Source of the DNA: Candidatus Eiseniibacteriota bacterium
GTDB taxonomy: Bacteria; Eisenbacteria; RBG-16-71-46; CAIMUX01; VGJL01
Assembly: GCA_963792585.1 (NCBI GenBank)
Contig: CAWBWI010000006.1
Location: forward strand, 800,001 to 864,000
Direction of reading: 5' to 3'
Length of the DNA: 64,000 nucleotides
Positions 42,979 through 52,280 of this stretch are shown here, piece by piece; positions within the stretch are counted from its first letter, which is position 1, and the number at the start of each line of letters is the position of its first letter. The notes under the pieces were generated by a model. The model was not told the DNA's origin. It saw nothing but the letters and a program-made list of their open reading frames with translations, and did no database searches. A program made the position numbers and the translations under genes.

Positions 42979-43344
42979 CTACGTGCAGACGATCTTGACC
43001 GCCGCGTCCTCGTCCGGGGCGTTCGGAACCACGTCGAGGATGCGCACGACATTCAGGATCGTCTGCGCGCGCCCCTGGACGGAGGCGATGCACATCTTTC
43101 CGCCCGCATTGGTCACGGATGTATAGCAGGCCGCGATGATCCCGACCCCTGCGCTGGAGATCATGCTGACGCCCCGCAAATCGATCACCACGCGTGCGGG
43201 CCCTTTGCGGGACTCCAGTTGCACCTGCTCGAGGAACGCATACGTTTCGGGGCCGCTATCGAGCATCCCACTCAGGCGGAACACGGACACACCCGCGTCC
43301 GCCCGCTCGGTCCGCTCCACCTGGAGTTTGTCCCACTTCGACAC
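42979..43344 (-). CDS. STAS domain anti-sigma factor antagonist
   Basis: LSGMLD, VVIDLRGVSMISSAGVG (phosphorylatable Ser). Confidence 0.88.
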   Translation of the reverse strand: MSKWDKLQVERTERADAGVSVFRLSGMLDSGPETYAFLEQVQLESRKGPARVVIDLRGVSMISSAGVGIIAACYTSVTNAGGKMCIASVQGRAQTILNVVRILDVVPNAPDEDAAVKIVCT

Positions 43345-43519
43345 GGTCGACTCCTTCCCGCCACTCGGGGCGACGGGAGATGCTGGTCCGTCCGGGCGCC
43401 GGTGTCAACTCGCCGATTGCACTGCCATCCAACCCATTGTTCAGGCACCGCTCCCTCCCTGCCGACAATTGCCTCGGTATGCAGGCCGCCCCGAGGGATC
43501 GGGCGGCCGTGGAGGCAGC

Positions 43520-44035
43520 ATGAAATTCTACGCGATCGTGGCCGCACTCGCTCTTCTGCTCGGGATGGGATGCGAGACTGCAAGTACCAGCACTGAGGTT
43601 CTCAAGCACTTGCCGGTGGACAACACGGACGGGCTCCTCACGCAGTCCGGCGTCGCGCTCGATCATGCCGTCACCAGCGACGGCGCCGGGGCGCTCCGCA
43701 TCGACGCCGCGGGACCGACCGTCGTCCGGCTCTACGAGGTCTCGGGGCTTTCGATCGAGGACGCGCGCCTCATCTACCGGGCGAGGGTGAAGACGGAGAA
43801 CCTGGAAGGCCAAGCATTCCTGGAGATGTGGTGCGTCTTCCCGGGGACGGGCGAGTTCCTCTCCCGCTCGCTCCAGAGCCCCATGAGTGGCACGGTCGAT
43901 TGGTCCACTCAGGAGACTCCATTCTTCCTTCAGAAGGGGCAGAAGCCCGAACTCGTGAAACTCAACGTCGTCGTCAACGGCCGCGGAACGCTCTGGATCG
44001 ACGACATCGTCCTCTCGAAGGGACCGCTGAAGTAA
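43520..44035 (+). CDS. Lipoprotein with a jelly-roll/CBM-like fold, function unknown
   Basis: GGAGG RBS; lipobox LGMGC; ARVKTENL, GTVDW, GTLWIDDI. Confidence 0.7.
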   Translation: MKFYAIVAALALLLGMGCETASTSTEVLKHLPVDNTDGLLTQSGVALDHAVTSDGAGALRIDAAGPTVVRLYEVSGLSIEDARLIYRARVKTENLEGQAFLEMWCVFPGTGEFLSRSLQSPMSGTVDWSTQETPFFLQKGQKPELVKLNVVVNGRGTLWIDDIVLSKGPLK

Positions 44036-44122
44036 GTCCTGCGGGCCTGGTTCCATCGGTCGCGGATACGCCGTCGGACCTCAGAACGCGGCCCGACGGC
44101 GTTTGCAGCTGCGGAAGGGCGG

Positions 44123-46576
44123 CTACCGGATCGTCCGCACCACCCGGAACCCCAGAACGTCATCCTTCGAGTTCGGATAGAAGGCGTCCCGGGAAGCCGA
44201 TCGGCAGTACTGAGCCCATGCGTACCAGGACCCTCCACGGCGAACCCGCTGCACGCCGGTGGCCGGCCCCTCGGGGTCGATCACGACCTGGGTCCCGAGA
44301 TCCCCGTACCAATCCCAGCACCACTCCCAGACGTTTCCGTGCATGTCGTAGGAACCGGATGGGCCGGCGCCCTTCGACTTCACATCGTGTGTCGTGTTGC
44401 CGGAGTTCCCGCAGAACCAGCCGACTGCATCGATGACGGGGTCCGGCGATCCGAGGGAGTCGACGCAGGCGGGTTCGTCCAGATCGCCGCCCGGGAGGGC
44501 GGTCGCGCTGCCCGCGCGGCAGGTGGACTCCCACTCGGCTTCCGTCGGGAGCCTCCATCCGTCGGCTTCACGGTCCCAGGTGACGTTCTCCCCATCGATG
44601 ACATACGCCGGGGTCTTCCCCTCCAGACTCGAACGGGCATTGCAGTACTCAACCGCCTCGAGCCAGGTCACGCTCTCGACGGGACGCTGCGGCCCGACGA
44701 AGCGGGAGGGATTGGCGCCCATCAGGGCCTGGTACTCCGCCTGGGTCACTTCATGGTCGGAGATTTCAAGTTCCCGTGTGAGGACGACGGTGTGCAGGGT
44801 CTCGTCAGGGTCCCGGCCGACCTCCCCCGATGGGCTGCCCATCACGAAGGACTCGCCGACGAAGGGCCCATCGAAGACGTCGGTTCCAACGGGGTGTCCG
44901 TGTCCGTCGTTGAAGTGGAAGGAATAGGCGTAGCTGCCGCTGGGCCGGGTCGTTTCGTACTGGTAGACGGCCCCCGCCCTGTGGTCCCCGCTCACGAACC
45001 GCATCTCGAACGACAGGTCGCCGACCATCAGCATCGCTTCGACGGGAACGTCCCCGTCACCGTCGGCATAGGTGACCGAATAGACGAAGGGAGTCGCGCC
45101 GGGAGAGCCGGTCAGCGGGGTGACCGATCCTCCCTGAAGAGTCGGCGCCACGTTTCCGGACGGGGTGGTCTCGGAAGCCACGTTCGAGAGCCCGGACACG
45201 TTGCCCGCGCCGTCGGATGTTTTCATGGCGAAGTAGTAGAGGGTCGCCGGGATCAAGCCGTTGACCTCGAGCTGCTGCTCGGTGCCGCTCCGCTCGGGCG
45301 ACGGCTCGCCGCTGCAAGGGGTCGCGACTTCCCACGTGTCGTTCGTGATCGCTGAAGTCGCGTAGCGGATGTCGTATGCCGTCGCCGTTCCGGTGTAGAG
45401 ATCGTTGCCCGGCGCGGTCCAGCTCACGCGCAGACTCGTCGAGTCGACGGGAGCGACCGCCAGGTCCCCGACCGCGGCCGGCGGGGTGCGGTCCACGAAG
45501 GAGTCACCGCCGCTGACGACCAGCAAGCCATCGAAACGATCGCTGACGGCGATCGTGCCCGAGGATGCGAGGCCGACGCCGGTCGCGTATGTCGTCACGA
45601 TCGTTCCGGTCAGGACCGGATTCTCGGGATCGCGAACGTCGATCGTGTGGAGTCCGCCGTCCTGCGCCGCGATGAAGGCCGTCCCATCGCGCACAAGGAT
45701 CGCGCGGCAGGTTCCGGGTAGGGCAAGCGTGCCCACGATGACCGGCACATCCGATTCGTGGATGGCCATGATCACGAGGCCGTTCAGGCCGTCGGCAACG
45801 TAGGCGTAGCCGCTACGGCTGACGGGGTCGACATCGATCGCGACACCGAGCGCCTTGCCGGGAGTGTCGGTCGCGGAGACGAGCTTCACCACACCGAGCG
45901 TACGCACACGGACGTCCATGACCGCGAGACCCATTTCATCGTCGGCGACATAGGCCCAGCCGTTCGCCACCGCGATCGACTTCGCATACCCGCGCGTCGG
46001 GGCGAAGACACCGTTGTAGCGCAGCAGACCGGGGATGCTCGGGTCTGATTCGAAGATGCGGATCCCGTGCCAGTTCTCGGCGAGGTAGACGATGTAGGGG
46101 TTCGCGGGACTACTTGGGAGCTCGATGAAGAGCCCGTTGCCGTCTACGGCCGTCGTCCCCTGCTGGAAGGAAAAGGCGCTGTCCGGTTCGGAGACGTTGT
46201 AGGTCGTGATCCCCTCGGTCCCCTCCACGACGAAGGCGATGTCGGTGGCGCCCGTCGCTGTGGGAGTACTGGCGACGCGGACCGACTCGGCGAACTTCTT
46301 CGTGTCGGTTGTCGTGACGAGGACCGGGTTGTGCGGGTCGGCGATGTTCACGACCGCGAGCCCTGCCTCACCGCCGGCCACATAGGCATAGTCCCCCAGG
46401 ACGGCCACGTCCTCGGGGCCGCTCGGAAGCGGGATGCTCGCCACGACTTGATACGGAGAATGGGGCGGCTTGTAGAGGTCCTGCTCGCCGCAGCCCGCCA
46501 GCAAGGCGACGACCAAGATCGGCAACGGCAACGCCCATCGACATCCCTCGAAACCCGTCTTCCCCGTCCGCGTCAT
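44123..46576 (-). CDS. Lipoprotein with LVIVD repeats, FN3 and a C-terminal FGE-sulfatase (SUMF1) domain
   Basis: Lipobox LAGC; repeated YAYVA.G..GL; WTAPGND; FVMGS, HEVT, RLPTEAEWE, DMHGNVWEWC, RGGSW, GFRVV. Confidence 0.88.
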   Translation of the reverse strand: MTRTGKTGFEGCRWALPLPILVVALLAGCGEQDLYKPPHSPYQVVASIPLPSGPEDVAVLGDYAYVAGGEAGLAVVNIADPHNPVLVTTTDTKKFAESVRVASTPTATGATDIAFVVEGTEGITTYNVSEPDSAFSFQQGTTAVDGNGLFIELPSSPANPYIVYLAENWHGIRIFESDPSIPGLLRYNGVFAPTRGYAKSIAVANGWAYVADDEMGLAVMDVRVRTLGVVKLVSATDTPGKALGVAIDVDPVSRSGYAYVADGLNGLVIMAIHESDVPVIVGTLALPGTCRAILVRDGTAFIAAQDGGLHTIDVRDPENPVLTGTIVTTYATGVGLASSGTIAVSDRFDGLLVVSGGDSFVDRTPPAAVGDLAVAPVDSTSLRVSWTAPGNDLYTGTATAYDIRYATSAITNDTWEVATPCSGEPSPERSGTEQQLEVNGLIPATLYYFAMKTSDGAGNVSGLSNVASETTPSGNVAPTLQGGSVTPLTGSPGATPFVYSVTYADGDGDVPVEAMLMVGDLSFEMRFVSGDHRAGAVYQYETTRPSGSYAYSFHFNDGHGHPVGTDVFDGPFVGESFVMGSPSGEVGRDPDETLHTVVLTRELEISDHEVTQAEYQALMGANPSRFVGPQRPVESVTWLEAVEYCNARSSLEGKTPAYVIDGENVTWDREADGWRLPTEAEWESTCRAGSATALPGGDLDEPACVDSLGSPDPVIDAVGWFCGNSGNTTHDVKSKGAGPSGSYDMHGNVWEWCWDWYGDLGTQVVIDPEGPATGVQRVRRGGSWYAWAQYCRSASRDAFYPNSKDDVLGFRVVRTIR

Positions 46577-46635
46577 CGATCGTCTCCTGTTTCGCCGGTC
46601 CGCCCGGCGGTCCGCTCCACGCGTCGCCTATCCCG

Positions 46636-47829
46636 CTAGAACGGGTAGACCGCGCTCACCCAAACTCGGTTGTTCTTGTAGTCCTTTTCGTCCGCTGCAT
46701 CGGCGCCCTTGTTGGCGGGCAAGGAACTCACCCGCTGCGTGTAGCGGTATCCCGCAGAGAGCGCTACCGGGCCGAAGAGCGGCGCGGTATCCACACCGCC
46801 CTCGAACACGTTCACCTCGTCCTTCCGGCCTACGTGAAGATCGTCTTCCCAGGGGGGACGGTCGGCCGTGAAGAAGTAGGCTTGGTACTGCCCCACCACG
46901 GAAATCGCCGTGAGCTTCCAAAGCCGGCCCTTCGGAAGCAGATTCACCTCGAACTCATAGAGGTCGCGCTCATAGGAAGGATCCCCGTCGTCGGATACAT
47001 CCTGGGTTTCCTGGACCGAGTCGCGCGCGCGCGCACGTACATTTGAGTAGGCGTAGCGCCCATTGAGCTTCACGGAAGGTCTAAGGCTGTAGCTCACATT
47101 TCCGACGGCATTCCATTCCCAGTTGTCGTTCTCCATGAAGGGACGATTGTAGAAACGGATCGTCCGCCCCACGTCGAGACGTGCCGTGACCTTGTCGCTG
47201 ACCCGTCGCGAGTATGCGAGGATGAAAGCGTTGCGGGCCGACTTGAAGGGTATCCAAGCGATCGGGACCGTCCGCGGGGTGTAGGGGGGACGATCCGACA
47301 GCTGGCGGATATAGGCCGACGGCGCATAGGTGTAGCTCGCCTCCAGGAAGTCGCGCGGGAACGTCTGCTGGCGCACACGGACCGACCATGCATCGTTGTT
47401 CTTGATGGGATTCTCGGCGTATTGCCATCGGGTCAGACCGAATCGGATGCTCGCGTTGCGGCCGCCGAAGAGCTTCGTGGCCATCGAGAAGGCGAGCTTC
47501 GGACTGACGATCATGTCATCGTAGGTCTTGGTGCGGAACTTGTAGGGCACGACATGCTGGCGAAATTCCAACAGCGTCCCTTCGGAGGATCGCAGGATGT
47601 TGTCGTCGTAGATGACCTGAAGCTCGAAACTCCCCGAGAGCTTGATCGATGGGGACTTTTTGGACTCGCGTGCCGCCGCCTTCGATTTGGTCTTGGATCT
47701 TGCCTTGGAGCTGGGTTTGGCGGCCAGATCCGTGGATCCGGCGGCGCGGTCAGCGGCATGTGCGTCGGCACCGCCCGCCCACAAGACGAGCGAGAGCAGA
47801 ATGACTCCCATCCGGATTTTCGCGTGCAT
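46636..47829 (-). CDS. Putative outer-membrane beta-barrel protein
   Basis: Signal peptide; YDDNI motif; alternating beta strands; C-terminal aromatic VSAVYPF. Confidence 0.7.
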   Translation of the reverse strand: MHAKIRMGVILLSLVLWAGGADAHAADRAAGSTDLAAKPSSKARSKTKSKAAARESKKSPSIKLSGSFELQVIYDDNILRSSEGTLLEFRQHVVPYKFRTKTYDDMIVSPKLAFSMATKLFGGRNASIRFGLTRWQYAENPIKNNDAWSVRVRQQTFPRDFLEASYTYAPSAYIRQLSDRPPYTPRTVPIAWIPFKSARNAFILAYSRRVSDKVTARLDVGRTIRFYNRPFMENDNWEWNAVGNVSYSLRPSVKLNGRYAYSNVRARARDSVQETQDVSDDGDPSYERDLYEFEVNLLPKGRLWKLTAISVVGQYQAYFFTADRPPWEDDLHVGRKDEVNVFEGGVDTAPLFGPVALSAGYRYTQRVSSLPANKGADAADEKDYKNNRVWVSAVYPF

Positions 47830-48788
47830 GGACCGGTCCCTTCCGGTTTCCTGTGGCCGAACCGAAGCGCGGCGCGCGGGCGCCATCCCCCCCTCCGCCG
47901 GCAGCCCATCCCCGCCTTGGGGGATCTACCGCCGGTCAGGATACCTCATCGGAGAGGGCGGGCAAAGCTTCATCGCCTGCCCGCGTTACCGGTATTCCCG
48001 GGCCTCCCCCGGCGGGAGAGCCGGCAGCGGGTCTGCACTGTGAGGGCGGCCGACTTCATTTTTCAGTGATCTTAGCTATTTTTGACATGATCTCGGTGAC
48101 GCGTCCGGCCTGGGCCGGATCTCCGTGGGCGAAACGGGATTCGCGTCAGTCGTGCTTCCTCGAGATCGGATCGCGGCCGGCCCTGCGGCATCGGCTGTCA
48201 CCAATCCCCCACCACCGAGCCGGGGCGGAGCGTGGAGGTCCGCCTCCACCCGGGAACGCGGCATGATCTCGGCCGGGGTGGATCTGGGCGCGATCCCGGG
48301 GCGCGGCCAACAGGCGGGCGACCCGGCGATCCGAGGCCGCGCCCGTATCCGGCTTTGGCGGCGCAGCCATGTACGGGTGCCGGTCGCCGGCGCCGTCGAG
48401 GACTGCGAGATCGCGTTCGCGCGGGGGATCCTCGTTATCGTCCAGCGACTGCGCGCGCCAGACGATCGAGGCTCGACGACGCGGAGCAACGAGGGTCCGC
48501 GCGGACACAAGGAGCATGTGCGTGCGCATGACCGCGCGTATCGAGCTCCTCCGGGCACCGAAAGTAACTAATGTTAGGTGATGAATCCGCAGAGCTATTC
48601 GCCGCGATTCCGCGGTTCTCTTGCACGCTTTCACATAAGTCACGTGTTAAATCAATGTACATGATGTCATGATATCGCGTATAGTCGTCCCACGGGCACA
48701 ACACGGCGACCAAGGCACGGGCTAGGAACAGGGACGGCACCAGGCCCCGGGGGGGGAACCGTCGTATGGGTCCGTAGAAGGTACGGCT

Positions 48789-49835
48789 ATGCCGCGTCCG
48801 ATGCTCACCCAATCCCAGTGCTCCGAAATCAGCGCCTCCGTCGACACGATCCTGAGTGCGAATCCCCGAGGGAACGGGGAACTCCACGCCTACGCGACCC
48901 GCTTCGTCCACCCCGTGCTGTCGAGGCAATTCCCCGAGATTCCGGCGCTATCCCTGAGGGTGGCCGGACTCATGGCACTACTTAAGCCTATTGGGGGGGG
49001 ACCGCCGCCCCCGATTCTCCATCACGACCTGGACAACCGGGTCGAGTGGATCCTGAACGCGACACGGTCCACACCGTTGAATCCCGCCGAACTGGAGACG
49101 CAAGTCGCCATCGCCTACGGATGCGGTTGGAGGCGAAGTGCCCGGAACGTCCGCCAGCCCCAATGGGATGCCGTTCACTGGGCCGATGCTGTGCGGGAAC
49201 TGGTCATTCCCGCAAAGAAGCACATCAGCAGAGTCTGTCGGCGATTGGAGACGGATGTCCCCGGATTCCGCCTTCCGGGCCACCTGGACGTCGAGATGCT
49301 GGGTAACTACGCCGTAGGGGTGTTCGTGGGAATGCGGCCCACGACCACCCGGGTGTACCACCACCTTCAGTCGATCCACAACTGGAACCCCATGATGGGA
49401 AGCCTCTATGGGTGGCTATTGAGGGCTATCGACGGCTTTGGCACCGTCAAAGGAAACCTACAGGTCAATCGCTTCCGCAATGGCATTCTGTACCCCGTCC
49501 TCGAGGACGACGGTCTGCTCGCGATCGGCCGGGTTGCCTACCGGGAGTGCGCCGACTGCACGACGAGGACCGAGTACGACACCGCCGGTTCATGCAGATC
49601 CTGCCGGCACGGCGCTTCGGGCAAGCAGTCGTTCATTGTCGACAATGTCCGGTTGATCTGGCCACCAGCCTACATCACCATCACCTTCCGGAAGTGCCGG
49701 AGACCGAAATGCAAAACCTACGTCCGTGGAACGCAAACCCACTGCCCGCGCTGCGGGGGAAACCTCTCCCCCCGACTGACTCATCTCTACGTCCACAGGT
49801 ATCTGATCGAAGAGGACACTCCGCAGACCCCGTAG
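48789..49835 (+). CDS. Hypothetical protein with C-terminal double zinc ribbon
   Basis: 348 aa open frame; CADC, CRSC, CRRPKC, CPRC; central WNPMMGSLYGWLLRAI weakly resembles ECF sigma region 2. Confidence 0.65.
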   Translation: MPRPMLTQSQCSEISASVDTILSANPRGNGELHAYATRFVHPVLSRQFPEIPALSLRVAGLMALLKPIGGGPPPPILHHDLDNRVEWILNATRSTPLNPAELETQVAIAYGCGWRRSARNVRQPQWDAVHWADAVRELVIPAKKHISRVCRRLETDVPGFRLPGHLDVEMLGNYAVGVFVGMRPTTTRVYHHLQSIHNWNPMMGSLYGWLLRAIDGFGTVKGNLQVNRFRNGILYPVLEDDGLLAIGRVAYRECADCTTRTEYDTAGSCRSCRHGASGKQSFIVDNVRLIWPPAYITITFRKCRRPKCKTYVRGTQTHCPRCGGNLSPRLTHLYVHRYLIEEDTPQTP

Positions 49836-49848
49836 GGGGGATTCACCG

Positions 49849-50538
49849 ATGAGTGCGGCAACAAACCGACGACTCGACGATCTCGCCTCGCTCTTGACCC
49901 AGGTGCGTTTCAGTCACGAGCACGCTGACTACAAGGAAAGCCGCATCTGGAGGATCTTCGTCTATCCCCGCAAGGGAAAAGGAGATCGCTTCGACGCGCT
50001 CCTTTCCGTAATCCCGCGCAGGGGCCGCGAGGAACTCGGCGCCGAGCTGCTTCTCACGCTGAGCGGAGGCGGAAAGTTCTGGCTCGTCAACGGGCCGACC
50101 AATGCCAAGGGCCAGGTCTGGTTCCGGGATCTGCCGTCCGGCGAATATGCTCCTCATCTCGGGACGATGCCGCTCCTCCCACCCCGCGTCCCCGTGGCGA
50201 ACGAGCGTCCCGCCGCCTCGAGCAAACGCAATGTGAATCCCCATCCGCCCGACGCTTGGCCATCCTACGTACTCGCGGATCGACGCATCTCCGCCGCACT
50301 CCAACAAGAAACATCCGGCCTTGCCGTGCTCACATGGAAGACCCTCGAACCGGAATTGGCGGGTATGCGCATCGGCTTCCAGATTGCCGGCGAAAGCGGC
50401 GAGGTTCTCCTCAATCCAAGAGGGCGATCGACGCGCCCGACCGCGCGATGGACCTTGCAGCAATCCTATGAGCAAGTCGCCGCGTTCCTTCCCCGTTTCA
50501 CAATTAAGAAGAGGAGACGAGGCGTGCGGAGCAGTTGA
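49849..50538 (+). CDS. Hypothetical cytoplasmic protein, possible transthyretin/carboxypeptidase-regulatory-like beta sandwich
   Basis: GGGGGA RBS, 13 nt after the previous gene; TNAKGQVWFRDLPSGEY motif; no signal peptide. Confidence 0.6.
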   Translation: MSAATNRRLDDLASLLTQVRFSHEHADYKESRIWRIFVYPRKGKGDRFDALLSVIPRRGREELGAELLLTLSGGGKFWLVNGPTNAKGQVWFRDLPSGEYAPHLGTMPLLPPRVPVANERPAASSKRNVNPHPPDAWPSYVLADRRISAALQQETSGLAVLTWKTLEPELAGMRIGFQIAGESGEVLLNPRGRSTRPTARWTLQQSYEQVAAFLPRFTIKKRRRGVRSS

Positions 50539-50657
50539 CGCGCCCTGCGCGGGCCCGGTCCGATCGCATCACGAAACCGGCCGTCCGCCGACCTCACCCG
50601 AGTTTCCACGAGCGCGAAGATTCTTCATTTTTCCTGCCGGTCCCCCGCCAAGAAGAC

Positions 50658-50674
50658 ACTAAGACATTCTTAGT
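50658..50674. promoter_or_regulatory. Palindromic candidate operator
   Basis: ACTAAGA-CAT-TCTTAGT perfect 7-bp inverted repeat in an AT-rich patch upstream of the Ubl/Pup cluster. Confidence 0.45.
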
Positions 50675-51099
50675 CACTCCAGGCGCAGACGCGTCAGAAG
50701 GGGGTCCTCTCATGTCGTCCCGCAGTTGTCTTCCAGCCAAGCTCCACCCTCGTTGTCCCGGCAGGCCCGGCCTCTACTCGAACTCCTCCACCCTCCACCT
50801 CTCTCCTGCGCTCCCCTCGGCCATCGCTCTCGAGTCGATCCTCGCCCTGCGCGACGCGGACATACGGATTCGTCGGATCCGCCACGCGGCCGCGATCTCG
50901 ATCCATGTTCCTCCCTCGGAAACCAAAGCGACCCTAGAGACTCGGCGCGCGGCATAGCCCGCGCTCCGCGGACGCGACCGCATCCCCGGTGAAGGGACGG
51001 GCGCATGCGTTGCTGCGCGAAAGCGGGCGCGCGCTCCCACTCACCCGGGCTGAAAGCAGTCTCGTCGTGGTCGCCCACGATGGAAGGAGGAACCGCACC

Positions 51100-51726
51100 A
51101 TGGGGAAGGAACCGAACGCATCCGACTTCGACGATTCGGACGTCACCGAGCGGATTCGCAGGCTCGTGCGCCAGTTACGGATTCTGCACGAGAGGCTCAA
51201 CCGGATCGAGGAGTACGCGTATACCATTCTCGCGCTGCTCGAGGAGTTGGTCCAGGAAGTCGACACGAACCATGTTACGGCTCCCGCGGCCGCCTCGGGG
51301 CGGCCCGGCCGGATGATCCACGACCGGGCTGCGCTCCGTCGCATGGCCGAGTCGGGAGTCGCCTCGGTCAAGATCGAACGCCATGTCGACGGTTCGGCCA
51401 GTGTCCGCATCGACCGAAGCGACCCGTTCGAACTTTCGCCGGTCCTGGCCGACCTGCTCGAGATCCTCAGTCACGACTTCGGACGGATCACGGATGGCAT
51501 GGTTGGCTGGAAGTCCCGCGAGGAAGTTCGGCTTCTTCTGTCGAAGCAGGCGAACCGTGAAATCACCGAACACGCGCTCACCAACTCGATCTATCGACTC
51601 CGGAGCGAGTTGGAGTCGCGCGGCGGAGTGAATCCGTTCCTTCTGCAGACGACCAGGCGCGACGGGATCCGCTTCGCCGTCCTGCGACCGGGGCAATCAA
51701 CGGAATCGAAGGGAATCACCGAGTAA
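51100..51726 (+). CDS. Transcriptional regulator: N-terminal coiled coil plus OmpR/PhoB-like winged helix, no receiver domain
   Basis: AGGAGG RBS before ATG 51100; LSPVLADLLEIL..SREEV..LTNSIYRLRSELE..LLQTTRRDGIRF. Confidence 0.72.
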   Translation: MGKEPNASDFDDSDVTERIRRLVRQLRILHERLNRIEEYAYTILALLEELVQEVDTNHVTAPAAASGRPGRMIHDRAALRRMAESGVASVKIERHVDGSASVRIDRSDPFELSPVLADLLEILSHDFGRITDGMVGWKSREEVRLLLSKQANREITEHALTNSIYRLRSELESRGGVNPFLLQTTRRDGIRFAVLRPGQSTESKGITE

Positions 51727-51737
51727 GGAGGTCTTCC

Positions 51738-52280
51738 ATGGCTCTGATCTGGATGAAGCGCGACACGATGGCCTGGGCGGCCCTGCCTCTCGAAGCCGGG
51801 AGAATCCGTCTCGATACGGATCCGCCCCGTCGTCTGGAGGACGAGGCGATCGGATCCTCAGACGCGGACGGGGTCCTGCTGCTGAGGCAGTCGGGGGAGG
51901 ATGGAACCGTCTGGATCCTCCTTGCCGACACGAGGTGGAACGTGCGCGTCAACGGGCTCCCCCTGCCCGCCGGAATTCGGGCCCTCGCGGACCGCGACGA
52001 GATCCGGATCGGGGGCATGGAGTCCTGGTACTTCTCGACCGAGGAGTCACCACAGGTCGTCCCATTCCCGGAGGGCGGCGCGAATATCCACTGCCCTCGC
52101 TGCACGTTGGAGATTCAACCCGGGCGGCCGGCCGTCCGCTGCCCGAACTGCGCGGTCTGGCACCACCAAGATCCGGACAGGAAACTCCCCTGCTGGACCT
52201 ACGGGGAACGCTGCGGCGGGTGCGATCTGCAGGAAACCTCTTCCGAGGCGGAGTTCCGGTGGACTCCGTGCGGGTTGTGA
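51738..52280 (+). CDS. FHA-like domain plus prokaryotic RING-type finger (candidate E3/adaptor)
   Basis: AAGGAGGT RBS; VRVNG..L.D.DEIRIG (FHA C-terminal strands); C-x2-C-x12-C-x2-C-x4-H-x8-C-x6-C-x2-C from 52092. Confidence 0.75.
   Translation: MALIWMKRDTMAWAALPLEAGRIRLDTDPPRRLEDEAIGSSDADGVLLLRQSGEDGTVWILLADTRWNVRVNGLPLPAGIRALADRDEIRIGGMESWYFSTEESPQVVPFPEGGANIHCPRCTLEIQPGRPAVRCPNCAVWHHQDPDRKLPCWTYGERCGGCDLQETSSEAEFRWTPCGL

Noticed and set aside
47890..48560. Several overlapping 130-165 aa ORFs upstream of the barrel gene
   Set aside because: No motifs and Arg/Pro/Gly-rich shadow composition; a degraded gene cannot be excluded.
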